This document shows positions 25,729 through 34,472 of a stretch of DNA of 56,917 bases, piece after piece. Positions within the stretch are counted from its first letter, which is position 1. Each line of letters begins with the position of its first letter. Both the position numbers and the translations under genes were made by a program. The notes below the pieces were generated by a model, which worked only from the letters and a program-made list of their open reading frames with translations, made no database searches and had not been told where the DNA came from. The stretch is from Candidatus Saccharimonadales bacterium (GTDB lineage Bacteria > Eisenbacteria > RBG-16-71-46 > JACRLI01), in contig DATKKS010000005.1 of assembly GCA_035542815.1 (NCBI GenBank), forward strand, positions 1 through 56,917, in the 5' to 3' direction.

Positions 25729-26831
25729 GAACGTCTTGTGTCCGCCCCATCCTCGCCCTCGCGCTGCCGGCGGCGCTCGCCCTCGCGGGCTGCGCGCGGG
25801 GCGGCTCCGAGCCCGCCCCGGACGCCGCGCCGGCGGTGGTCGCCACGTTCCGCGCCGGCGGCGGCGCGGCGGCCGGCGAGCTGGTGCTGCCCGGGCGGGT
25901 CAAGGCGGCCCAGGAGGTGACCGTCTCCGCGAGCCTGGCCGCCCGCCTCACCGAACTCCCGCTGCGCGAAGGCCAGAGCTTCCGGCAGGGCGAGGTGCTC
26001 GCGCGCTTCGGCGCCGAGGAGACGCGCCGCGCGCTGGAGGCGGCCCGCTCGGGCCTGGCGGCCGCGGCGCTGCGGCGCGACCAGGCGCGGCTGCAGGAGG
26101 CCCGGCTGGACTCGCTGTACGGGGCCCGGGTGGCCGCGCTGCGGGAGCTGGAAGGGGCGCAGCTGGAGCGGCGCGCCGCGGAGGCCGCCTACTCGCAGGC
26201 GCGCGCCGCGGCCGAGGAACTGGGCGCCGGGGCGGCGGTGGTCGCCCCGTTCGACGGCGTGGTGGTGCGCCGGCGGGTGGACCCCGGCGCCAACCTGGGG
26301 CCGGGGCAGCCCCTCCTGGACATCCGCTCGGCGGCCCCCGGCGACATCGAGGTCGCCATCCCGGAGGCCCAGGTGGCCGAGGCGCAAGCCGGGGCGGCGG
26401 CGTTCCAGGTCGGGGACGGCCGGTGGCGGCCGGCCCGCCTGGCGCGCCTGGAAGGAATGATCGACTTCGCCAGCCGCACCCGCACCGCGCACCTGGTGCC
26501 GGCCCGCGGGGCGGCGCTGCCGGAGCCCGGGGCCTACGTCCGGGTGCGCTTCGAGCCGCCGGCGGCGGCCCGCGCGGCGGCCGGGGCGCCGCCGGCCAGC
26601 GCCGCCGGCGCCCCCGGGCCGCTCACCGTGCCGACCGCCAGCCTGGTGCGCCGCGGCGAGCTGGCCGGGGTGTACGTGGTGCGCGACGGCCGCGCCGAGC
26701 TGCGCTGGCTGCGGCTCGGGCGGCAGGAAGGGGCGGAGGTGGAGGTGCTGGCGGGGCTGTGGCCGGGCGAGGCGGTGGTGGCCGACCCCCAGGGCCTCTC
26801 CGACGGCCGCGCGGTCAAGGTGAGCCGATGA
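25725..26831 (+). CDS. RND efflux periplasmic adaptor (membrane-fusion protein), lipoprotein
   Basis: Starts MRTSCVRPILALALPAALALAGC (lipobox) and has an HlyD_D23-like barrel (VVAPFDGVVVRRRVDPGANLGPGQPLLDI). The ATG overlaps the TolC stop (ATGA). Confidence 0.88.
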   Translation: MRTSCVRPILALALPAALALAGCARGGSEPAPDAAPAVVATFRAGGGAAAGELVLPGRVKAAQEVTVSASLAARLTELPLREGQSFRQGEVLARFGAEETRRALEAARSGLAAAALRRDQARLQEARLDSLYGARVAALRELEGAQLERRAAEAAYSQARAAAEELGAGAAVVAPFDGVVVRRRVDPGANLGPGQPLLDIRSAAPGDIEVAIPEAQVAEAQAGAAAFQVGDGRWRPARLARLEGMIDFASRTRTAHLVPARGAALPEPGAYVRVRFEPPAAARAAAGAPPASAAGAPGPLTVPTASLVRRGELAGVYVVRDGRAELRWLRLGRQEGAEVEVLAGLWPGEAVVADPQGLSDGRAVKVSR

Positions 26832-29800
26832 CCTCGAAGGTGCGCTCGGTGGGATTCGCCGGCCGCGTCGCCGGGCTGTTCCTGCACTCCAAGCTCACCC
26901 CGCTGATCGTGCTGGCCTCGGTGCTCCTCGGCCTGCTGGCGCTGGTGCGCCTGCCGCGCGAGGAGGAGCCGCAGATCCAGGTGCCGATGGTGGACGTGCA
27001 GCTCGCCTGGCCGGGCGCCCCGGCCGGGCAGGTGGAGCGGCAGCTCACCACGCCCGTGGAGCGCCGGCTGTGGCAGATCCCGGGCCTCGAGTACCTCTAC
27101 TCCACCTCCACCGACGACGGCGCGCTGCTCATCCTGCGCTTCCGGGTGGGTTCCAGCCCCGACCCGGCGCTGGTGCGGGTGCGCACCCGGCTGGACGAGG
27201 CGGCCGGCGAGCTGCCGCCGGGCGCCATGGTGCGCTCGGTGGCGCCGCGCTCCATCGACGACGTCCCGGTGCTGGGGGTGACCCTGTGGAGCCCCACCCG
27301 GCCGGACCTGGACCAGAACGACCTGCGCCGGGTGGCCTCCGAGCTGGCGGCGGAACTGCGCAAGGCAACCGGGGTGGCCCGGGTGCGCGTCCTGGGCGGC
27401 GAGCCGCGTGAGTTGCGCATCCAGCCCGACCCCGGGCGGATGGCGGCGGCGGGGCTCACCGTGGGCGAGCTGATGGGCGCGCTGGCGGGCTCGGGGGTGT
27501 CGTTCCCGGCCGGCGCGACGGAGCAGGGCGGGGTGGTGCGGACGCTGCGGGCCGAGTCGCCGTTCGAGGACGCGGACCAGGTGCGGGCCCTGGCGGTGGC
27601 CGCGCGCGACGGGCGGCCGGTGCGGCTGTCCGAGGTGGCGGCCGTGACCGACGGCCCCGGCGAGCGCACCCAGTACGTGTTCTTCTCCGACGCCCACGGC
27701 GAGCGCCATCCGGCGGTGACCCTGGAGGTGACCAAGCGCCCGGGGGTGAACGCCACCGAGCTGGTGGGGGCGCTCCACCGCCGGATCGCGGAGCTGCGCC
27801 CGGTGCTGCTGGGCCGGGACATCCAGGCCACCACCACCCGCGACTACGGGGAGACCGCCAAGGTCAAGTCCGACGACCTCATGTTCCACCTGCTGCTGGC
27901 CACCTTCTCGGTGATCCTGCTCATCGCGCTGGTGCTGGGGCGGCGCGAGTCGGTGGTGGTCGCGGTGGCCATCCCGGTCACCCTGGCGCTGACCCTGTTC
28001 CTGTACCTGTTCCTGGGCTACACGCTCAACCGGGTGACCCTGTTCGCGCTGATCTTCTCCATCGGCATCCTGGTGGACGACGCCATCGTGGTGGTGGAGA
28101 ACATCGCCCGGCACTTCCAGATGCGGGACAGCCGGCCGGTGGACGTGCGGGTGGTGGAAGCGGTGGACGAGGTGGGCAACCCGACGGTGCTGGCCACCTT
28201 CGCGGTGATCGCCGCGATCCTGCCGCTGACCGCGGTGGGCGGGCTGATGGGCCCGTACATGAAGCCCATCCCCATCGGGGCCTCGCTGGCCATGCTGTTC
28301 TCGCTGGCGGTGGCGTTCATGGTCTCGCCGTGGTCGGCGCTCCGGGTGGTGCGGCCCCACGCCGCGGCCGGCCCGGCGGGGCCGGCGCCCGCCGAGGGGC
28401 GGCTGAGCCTCGCCTACCGCCGGGCCATGGGCCGGCTGCTGGACGACCGGCGGTGGCGGGCGGCCTTCTTCGGGAGCATGGCCGCGCTGATGCTGCTGTC
28501 GCTGGGCCTGCTGGCGGCGCGCCTGGTGACCGTGAAGATGCTGCCCTTCGACAACAAGAGCGAGTTCGAGGTGCTGCTGGACCTGCCGCCGGGCAGCCCG
28601 CTGGAGGCCACCCTGGCCGCCGCCAGCGAGGTGAGCGCGCGGCTCGCGCGCGAGCCCGAGGTGGAGCACGCGGTGATCTACGCCGGCCTGGGCGCGCCGG
28701 TCACGTTCAACGGCCTGGTGCGCCACTACGACTTCCGCTCCGACCCGCGCCTCGCCGAAGTGCAGGTGAGCCTGGTGCCCCCGGGCCGCCGCAGCCAGCA
28801 GAGCCACGCCATCGCCCGGCGGGTGCGCCCGGCGGTGGAGGCGATCGCGGCGCGCTACGGCGCGCGGGCCAAGGTGGTGGAAGTGCCGCCGGGCCCGCCG
28901 GTGCTCTCCACCCTGGTGGCCGAAGTGTACGGGCCCGACCTGGAGGGCCAGCGCCGGCTGGCCCACCGGGTCTACCAGGTGTTCCGCTCCACCCCCGGCG
29001 TGGTGGACGCCGACCTGCTGCTGGCCGAGGGGCAGCCCCGCTCGCGCCTGGTGGTGGACCGGGACCGCGCGGCGCTGGCGGGCGTGCCCGCGGCGGCGGT
29101 GGTGGACGTCACCTCGGCGCTGTTCGCCGGGCGCACCGTGGGCACGCTGCGGGCTCCGGCCGAGGCCGAGCCGGTGCCGGTCCGGGTGCGCCTGTCGCCC
29201 GCCGACCGGACCGACCTGGCGGCGCTGTCCGCGCTGCGCCTGGGGGCCGGCGGCGGCACGCCGCTCAGCGAGCTGGCCCACGCCGAGGCCGACAGCGCGC
29301 CGCCGGAGATCTACCACAAGAACCTGCACCGGGTGGTGTACGTGCTGGGGGACGTGGCCGGCCGCGAGGAGAGCCCGGTGTACGCCATCGCCGCGCTGCG
29401 GCCGGCCCTGGACCGGCTGCCCACGCCCGACGGCCGCCCGCTCCGCCAGCTGAGCACGCGGCTGCCGGACAGCGACGAGCACTACTCGGTCAAGTGGGAC
29501 GGCGAGTGGCACATCACCTACGAGGTGTTCCGGGACATGGGCGCGGCCTTCGCGGTGGTGCTGGTGCTGATCTACCTGCTCACGGTCGGCTGGTTCCGGT
29601 CCTTCACCACGCCGCTCGCGATCATGCTGCCCATCCCCCTCAGCCTGGTCGGGATCCTGCCGGCGCACGCGCTGGCGGGGGCCTTTTTCACCGCCACCTC
29701 CATGATCGGGTTCATCGCCGGAGCCGGCATCACGGTGCGCAACTCGGTGATCCTGGTGGACTTCATCGAGCTGCGGCGGGCCCAGGGCCTGCCGCTGCGC

Positions 29801-30025
29801 CAGGCAGTGATCGACGCCGGGGCGGTGCGCTTCCGGCCGATGGTGCTGACCGCCGCGGCGGTGGCCGTGGGCGGCGCGGTGATCCTGTTCGACCCCATCT
29901 TCCAGGGCCTCGCGGTGGCGCTGATCGGCGGAGAGGTGGCCGCCACGGTGATCTCGCCGGTGGCGGTCCCGACGCTCTACTACCTGCTCCGCCGCCGCGG
30001 GGAGCGGCAGGAGGGGACGGCATGA
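26828..30025 (+). CDS. RND efflux transporter permease (AcrB/HAE-like)
   Basis: 1065 aa. The TM4 motif IGILVDDAIVVVENI is AcrB-type DD rather than CzcA-type. The N-terminus LHSKLTPLIVLASVLLGLLALVRLPREEEPQIQVP is typical. The ATG overlaps the MFP stop (ATGA). Confidence 0.95.
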   Translation: MTSKVRSVGFAGRVAGLFLHSKLTPLIVLASVLLGLLALVRLPREEEPQIQVPMVDVQLAWPGAPAGQVERQLTTPVERRLWQIPGLEYLYSTSTDDGALLILRFRVGSSPDPALVRVRTRLDEAAGELPPGAMVRSVAPRSIDDVPVLGVTLWSPTRPDLDQNDLRRVASELAAELRKATGVARVRVLGGEPRELRIQPDPGRMAAAGLTVGELMGALAGSGVSFPAGATEQGGVVRTLRAESPFEDADQVRALAVAARDGRPVRLSEVAAVTDGPGERTQYVFFSDAHGERHPAVTLEVTKRPGVNATELVGALHRRIAELRPVLLGRDIQATTTRDYGETAKVKSDDLMFHLLLATFSVILLIALVLGRRESVVVAVAIPVTLALTLFLYLFLGYTLNRVTLFALIFSIGILVDDAIVVVENIARHFQMRDSRPVDVRVVEAVDEVGNPTVLATFAVIAAILPLTAVGGLMGPYMKPIPIGASLAMLFSLAVAFMVSPWSALRVVRPHAAAGPAGPAPAEGRLSLAYRRAMGRLLDDRRWRAAFFGSMAALMLLSLGLLAARLVTVKMLPFDNKSEFEVLLDLPPGSPLEATLAAASEVSARLAREPEVEHAVIYAGLGAPVTFNGLVRHYDFRSDPRLAEVQVSLVPPGRRSQQSHAIARRVRPAVEAIAARYGARAKVVEVPPGPPVLSTLVAEVYGPDLEGQRRLAHRVYQVFRSTPGVVDADLLLAEGQPRSRLVVDRDRAALAGVPAAAVVDVTSALFAGRTVGTLRAPAEAEPVPVRVRLSPADRTDLAALSALRLGAGGGTPLSELAHAEADSAPPEIYHKNLHRVVYVLGDVAGREESPVYAIAALRPALDRLPTPDGRPLRQLSTRLPDSDEHYSVKWDGEWHITYEVFRDMGAAFAVVLVLIYLLTVGWFRSFTTPLAIMLPIPLSLVGILPAHALAGAFFTATSMIGFIAGAGITVRNSVILVDFIELRRAQGLPLRQAVIDAGAVRFRPMVLTAAAVAVGGAVILFDPIFQGLAVALIGGEVAATVISPVAVPTLYYLLRRRGERQEGTA

Positions 30026-30309
30026 AGCTGCTGCTGGTGATGGCCGACGCGGCCCGCCTGGACCGGCTGCGGGAGAAGCTGGTGGAGCTGGGGGCGCCCG
30101 GCTACAGCGTCCTGCCCGTGGTGGAGGGCTCCGGGCGGACCGGGGTTCACCGCGCCGACCGGGTCCACCCGGGCGCGCTGGCGGCGGTGATCGTGGTGGC
30201 CGAAGACGCCCAGGCCGACACGCTGTTCGAGGGCCTGGACCAATGCCGCCGGGAATGCGGGGACACCGTGACCCGGATCTTCGTCCTGCCGGTGGAGCGG
30301 CAGGGGTGA
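30022..30309 (+). CDS. PII-like (GlnB-fold) small protein linked to the efflux pump
   Basis: MKLLLVMADAARLDRLREKLVELGAPGYSVLPVVEGSGRTG aligns by eye with the GlnB segment [41 protein letters not shown]. It has a shortened T-loop and a second bab unit, AVIVVAEDAQADTLFEGL...RIFVLPVER. The ATG overlaps the RND stop (ATGA). Confidence 0.68.
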   Translation: MKLLLVMADAARLDRLREKLVELGAPGYSVLPVVEGSGRTGVHRADRVHPGALAAVIVVAEDAQADTLFEGLDQCRRECGDTVTRIFVLPVERQG

Positions 30310-30325
30310 GCAGGAGGATCTCTCG

Positions 30326-30517
30326 ATGACGATCAACGCGGGACTGCGGGCCGTGGCCGGCCTGTTCGTGATGGCCTCGGTGGCGCTGGGCCACTGGGTG
30401 AACCCGTGGTTCTACGCCTTCACGGCGTTCGTGGGACTGAACCTCTTTCAGTCGGCGTTCAGCGGCTGGTGCCCGATGATGTGGCTGCTGGCGCGGGCGG
30501 GGCTCCGGGAGGACTAG
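30326..30517 (+). CDS. DUF2892 (YgaP-like transmembrane domain) small membrane protein
   Basis: 63 aa with two TM segments and the characteristic FSGWCPMMWLL motif. Confidence 0.75.
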   Translation: MTINAGLRAVAGLFVMASVALGHWVNPWFYAFTAFVGLNLFQSAFSGWCPMMWLLARAGLRED

Positions 30518-30703
30518 GGCTCCCTCCGCTCCGCGGCGCCCAGCGCGGCTGCTCCGGCGGCCGGGGCTGGCGCGGGCGCTGCGCGCCGCCCGCCGCCGGG
30601 GCGGAACGGCTTCGCTCCCCCGGCCTGCGAGGTCGCGCGGCCGGTCCTTCTCGCCTGGCGCCCGCCCGTCCCCGGCCCGCGGGTTCGTGGTACCATCCCG
30701 GCG

Positions 30704-33700
30704 ATGGCCACGCCTGAGCCCTTGGATTCCACCTCCGGACTGCTGCTGCGCGCCGCCCAGGCGCTGTTCGGCGGCCACGAGCCGGCGGAGCTGCTGCACC
30801 GGTTCTTCGGCCTGGTCCGCCAGGCTGTGCCCTGCGACAGCCTGGAGCTGGCGGTGCTGCTGCCCTCCCGCCGGGCCGCCCGCCTGTTGCAGATCGGGCC
30901 GGAGGGGCTGCTGCCGGCGCCGCACGCCGCCCTGCCCCTCACCGGCACCTCGCTGGGCCACGTCCTGGCGGAGGCCTGCCCGTACCTCTCCGGCGACCTC
31001 GCCGCCGGCGAGCTGAGATTCCCGGACGAAGAGCTGTGCCGCAGCCGGGGCGTGGCGCGCGCCGCCCTGGTGCCGCTGGGCGCGCCCCACCGCTGGCTGG
31101 GCACGCTGCGGGCCTGCCGGTCCGCGCCGCAGCCGTTCAGCCCCTCCGAGGTGGCCCAGCTGGAGCGCCTGGCGGAGCCGTTCGCGCAGGCCCTGGAGCA
31201 CTCGCTCCAGAGCGAGCAGCTGCGGCGCGCCTCCGCGCGCCAGCGGGCCCTGCTGGACCTGGCCGCGGTGGCCTCGCAGGCCCGCGACCTGGAGGTGGCC
31301 TTCGAGGCGGTGTGCGACACGCTGGGCCACGTGATGTCGCTGGACCGCGCGGCGCTGTACGAGATCCGCGGCGACGAGGCCCATGTCGCCGCGGCGCGCG
31401 CCGCGCAGCCCGAGCTGGCCGAGCCGGTGCCGCCCTTCCCGTGGCGCGGCTCGCACCTGGAGGGCGCGGTGGCCCGGCGCGAGCCGTACCTCTACCGGCT
31501 GGGGGACGTGCGGCTGCCTCATCTGGAATGGCTGGCGCGCCGGGGGCTGCAGTCCACGGTGGGCGCTCCGGTCCTCTCGGGCGGGGCGGTCTACGGGGTG
31601 CTCGCCGCGGCCTCCCGCGACCCCGACGCCTACTCCGCGGAAGAGCTGGAGCTGATCTCCCGAACCGGGATGCTGGTGGGGCTGGTGGTGGAGAACGCCT
31701 TCGAGCGGGAGGCCGCGGTGCGCGCCGCGGCGCGGGAGCGGCAGCTGCAGGATCTGCAGGATTCGCTGAGCGGCCTGCTGGACGTCCAGGAGATCTGCGA
31801 CGCCCTGCTCGCGGGGCTGCACCGGCTGTGCGCGTTCGAGTGGGCGGCGGCGTACGAGGTGCGCAACGAGCGCCTGGAGCTGCTGGCGACGGATGCCCCG
31901 CCCGAGGCCCACGAGTACCTGTCGCGCTCCGCCCGCGTGGCGGAGCTGTCCTACGCGGACCTGCTGCGCGCCGGACGCCCGTTGCGCCGCGAGCGCGGCC
32001 AGCCGGGGGCCGAGCAGGGCTGGTCCATCCGGCACGGCTACGGCGCCAGCCTGACCCTGCCGGTGGTGGTCCGGGGCCAGGCGACCGGGGTGCTGGGCCT
32101 GACCGCCAGCAGCTCCGAGGGCTTCGCGCCGGAGGAGGTCGAGCTGCTGCTGCGCGCCGCCCGCCAGTTCGGCCTGGCGCTGCAGAGCGCCCGGGCCTTC
32201 GCCGAGGTGCAGCGCCTGGCGCAGCGCGAGCGCGACCTGCTGGAGATCACCAACGCCCTCACTTCCTACCACGACGCCCGGGACGTGTATCCGGCCATGA
32301 TGCAGGCCTTGCAGCGGCTGGCCGACTTCGACAGCGGCACGGTGTTCTCGGTGGAGGGCGAGTGGCTCCGGCCGATCACCCCGGCGCCCCTGCCGGAGGA
32401 CGCCCCGGGCGCCTCCCCCGCGGTGCGGTGGCGCGACTCCGACGCGCGCGGGGCCATCGAGAGCCGCCGACCCACCCGGGCCGCCCTGGACGAGCCGGAC
32501 GGCGGGCCCGTCCGGCTGCTGCACGAGGCCGGCCTGCGCGCCGTGGCCCACGTCCCGGTGGTGGGCCGCGACCAGGTCCTGGCGGTGTTCGCGCTGGGCT
32601 CCCACAGCCCGAACGCGCTGACGCCGGCGGACCTGCACCTGGTGGCGCGGGCGGCGCAGCAGTTCGGGGTGGCGCTGGAGAACGCCCGCTCCCACGCCGA
32701 GAACATGCGCCTGGCCGAGCGCGAGCGGGACCTGCTGGAGCTGACCAACGCCATGACCCTGCACCGAGACCCGCAGGACATCCTCCAGGAGATGCTGCCG
32801 GCGCTGGGCCGCCTGGTGCGCTTCGACCGCTCGGACATGGTGGCGGTGTTCGAACTCGACCGCGAGGTGCTGCGCCCGGTGGCGGTGAACCTGAGCCAGG
32901 TGCGCGAGAGCGAGTTCTGGGGGCCGCACCGGTGGGCGGGCCTGCCGGTGGCGACGCTGCTGGCCACCGGCAGCTCCCGCCGCGTCGAGGTGGGCGCGCT
33001 GTGGGAGCCGGTCGCGGCGCGCCTGGCCGCGGCCGGCTTCCGGGTGGCGGCGCTGGTGCCGCTGGTGACCCACGGGGGCGCGGTGGGGATGTTCTGGCTG
33101 GCGTCGCGGCACCCCGACGCGTTTCCGCCCGCCGACATGGACACCCTCAAGCGGGTGGCGCAGCAGTTCGGCCTGGCGCTGGAGGCCGGCCGCGGGTACA
33201 TGGAGATCCAGCAGCGCGGCGAGAAGCTGGAGCTGGAGAACCGCTACCTCAAGGAGGAGCTGTCGGAGGTGGCCGGGTTCGAGGAGATCGTGGGCGTGGG
33301 CCCGGCGCTCGCGCAGGTGCGCGAGATGGTCCGCAAGGTGGCCCGCACCGACTCGGTGGTGCTCATCCGCGGGGAGAGCGGCACCGGCAAGGAGCTGGTG
33401 GCCGAGGCGGTGCACCGCCTGGGGGCGCGCGCGGAGCGACCGCTCATCAAGGTCAACTGCGCCGCGTTGCCCGAGAGCCTGATCAGCAGCGAGCTGTTCG
33501 GACACGAGAAGGGCGCGTTCACCGGGGCCTTCGCGCAGCGCCTGGGGCGGTTCGAGCTGGCCCGCGGCGGGACCATCTTCCTGGACGAGATCGGGGAGCT
33601 GTCGCTGGAGGTGCAGTCCAAGCTGCTCCGGGTGCTGCAGGAGGGCGAGTTCGAGCGGGTGGGCAGCAGCTCCACGCTGAAGACCGACGCCCGGGTGATG

Positions 33701-34267
33701 GCGGCCACCAACCGCGACCTGGAGGGGGCCGTCGCGGAGGGCCGGTTCCGCCAGGACCTGTTCTACCGGCTGAACGTGTTCCCGATTCACGTGCCGCCGC
33801 TGCGCCAGCGCCCCGAGGACATCCCGGTGCTGGCGTACTACTTCCTGCACCGGCACGCGCGCCGGATGAACAAGAACATCACCCGGCTGGCGCCGGACAG
33901 CGAGGCGCGCATGGTGGCCTACTCCTGGCCCGGCAACATCCGCGAACTCCAGAACGTGATCGAGCGCGCGGTGATCCTGTGTGACGGCGAGGAGCTGCGC
34001 GTGGACCCGGCGCTGCTCACCCCCGGGCCGGCCCGCAACGGAGTCGCGGCCCCCAGCCCGGCGGCGGCCCAGGCCCCCGCGCCCGAGGCGGAGGAGCCGG
34101 GCAGCCTGCTGGAGGCCGAGCGGCGCCACATCCTGGCGGCGCTGCGGCGGGCCGGGGGCCGGATCGCCGGCCCGAGCGGGGCGGCCGCCCTGCTGGGGCT
34201 CAAGCGGACCACGCTCAACTCCAAGATCAAGAAGCTCGGAATCTCCCGATTCGACTACCTCCAGTAA
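30704..34267 (+). CDS. Sigma-54-dependent transcriptional activator (bEBP) with five tandem N-terminal GAF domains and a Fis-type HTH
   Basis: The AAA+ core has GESGTGKE, GHEKGAFTGA (GAFTGA loop), FLDEIGEL and WPGNIRELQNVIERA. The C-terminal HTH is AALLGLKRTTLNSKIKKLGI. There are five repeated about 160-aa units, each ending in a helix such as EEVELLLRAARQFGLALQSA, followed by an RLAxRERDLLExTNA linker. Confidence 0.93.
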   Translation: MATPEPLDSTSGLLLRAAQALFGGHEPAELLHRFFGLVRQAVPCDSLELAVLLPSRRAARLLQIGPEGLLPAPHAALPLTGTSLGHVLAEACPYLSGDLAAGELRFPDEELCRSRGVARAALVPLGAPHRWLGTLRACRSAPQPFSPSEVAQLERLAEPFAQALEHSLQSEQLRRASARQRALLDLAAVASQARDLEVAFEAVCDTLGHVMSLDRAALYEIRGDEAHVAAARAAQPELAEPVPPFPWRGSHLEGAVARREPYLYRLGDVRLPHLEWLARRGLQSTVGAPVLSGGAVYGVLAAASRDPDAYSAEELELISRTGMLVGLVVENAFEREAAVRAAARERQLQDLQDSLSGLLDVQEICDALLAGLHRLCAFEWAAAYEVRNERLELLATDAPPEAHEYLSRSARVAELSYADLLRAGRPLRRERGQPGAEQGWSIRHGYGASLTLPVVVRGQATGVLGLTASSSEGFAPEEVELLLRAARQFGLALQSARAFAEVQRLAQRERDLLEITNALTSYHDARDVYPAMMQALQRLADFDSGTVFSVEGEWLRPITPAPLPEDAPGASPAVRWRDSDARGAIESRRPTRAALDEPDGGPVRLLHEAGLRAVAHVPVVGRDQVLAVFALGSHSPNALTPADLHLVARAAQQFGVALENARSHAENMRLAERERDLLELTNAMTLHRDPQDILQEMLPALGRLVRFDRSDMVAVFELDREVLRPVAVNLSQVRESEFWGPHRWAGLPVATLLATGSSRRVEVGALWEPVAARLAAAGFRVAALVPLVTHGGAVGMFWLASRHPDAFPPADMDTLKRVAQQFGLALEAGRGYMEIQQRGEKLELENRYLKEELSEVAGFEEIVGVGPALAQVREMVRKVARTDSVVLIRGESGTGKELVAEAVHRLGARAERPLIKVNCAALPESLISSELFGHEKGAFTGAFAQRLGRFELARGGTIFLDEIGELSLEVQSKLLRVLQEGEFERVGSSSTLKTDARVMAATNRDLEGAVAEGRFRQDLFYRLNVFPIHVPPLRQRPEDIPVLAYYFLHRHARRMNKNITRLAPDSEARMVAYSWPGNIRELQNVIERAVILCDGEELRVDPALLTPGPARNGVAAPSPAAAQAPAPEAEEPGSLLEAERRHILAALRRAGGRIAGPSGAAALLGLKRTTLNSKIKKLGISRFDYLQ

Positions 34268-34295
34268 TGACGAAATAAGGTCTGATACGGACTCG

Positions 34296-34315
34296 ATTTC
34301 GCCATATGGCGAAAT
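34296..34315. promoter_or_regulatory. Perfect 20-bp palindrome, candidate upstream activator site for the adjacent bEBP
   Basis: ATTTCGCCATATGGCGAAAT is a perfect inverted repeat in an AT-richer intergenic region. Its centre is about 118 bp upstream of the -24 GG. A further CGAAAT half-site lies at 34271-34276. Confidence 0.45.
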
Positions 34316-34421
34316 AGAGACTCACAAACGATTCTGGAAACCCCCTCCCCGAGCCCACAACAGAGTTTTAATTTGCTGCAATACAATCAATTAGGGTTGA
34401 GTCCCGGCCTTCCTCCGAACC

Positions 34422-34436
34422 TGGTACGTTCCATGC
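34422..34436 (+). promoter_or_regulatory. Candidate sigma-54 (-24/-12) promoter
   Basis: TGGTACGTTCCATGC compared with the consensus TGGCACG-N4-TTGC. The invariant GG (34423-4) and GC (34435-6) have the exact spacing. It lies about 37 nt upstream of the STAS ATG, and the RBS GGAGG is at 34461-5. Confidence 0.5.
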
Positions 34437-34472
34437 GATCCCCAATTCAGGTAACGAAACGGAGGCTGCGCC

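Noticed and set aside
26534-34129. A 2531-aa minus-strand ORF, the longest in the window.
   Set aside because: It is antisense to the well-supported RND pump, PII-like, DUF2892 and bEBP genes. Its translation is an Arg/Ala/Gly/Pro/His-rich low-information sequence with no recognisable motifs. Long antisense ORFs are expected when stop codons are depleted by very high GC.
34381-34400. An IHF-like AATCAA...TTG sequence between the palindrome and the -24/-12 element.
   Set aside because: The spacing does not fit WATCAANNNNTTR. Only general AT-richness supports bending, which is too weak to call.
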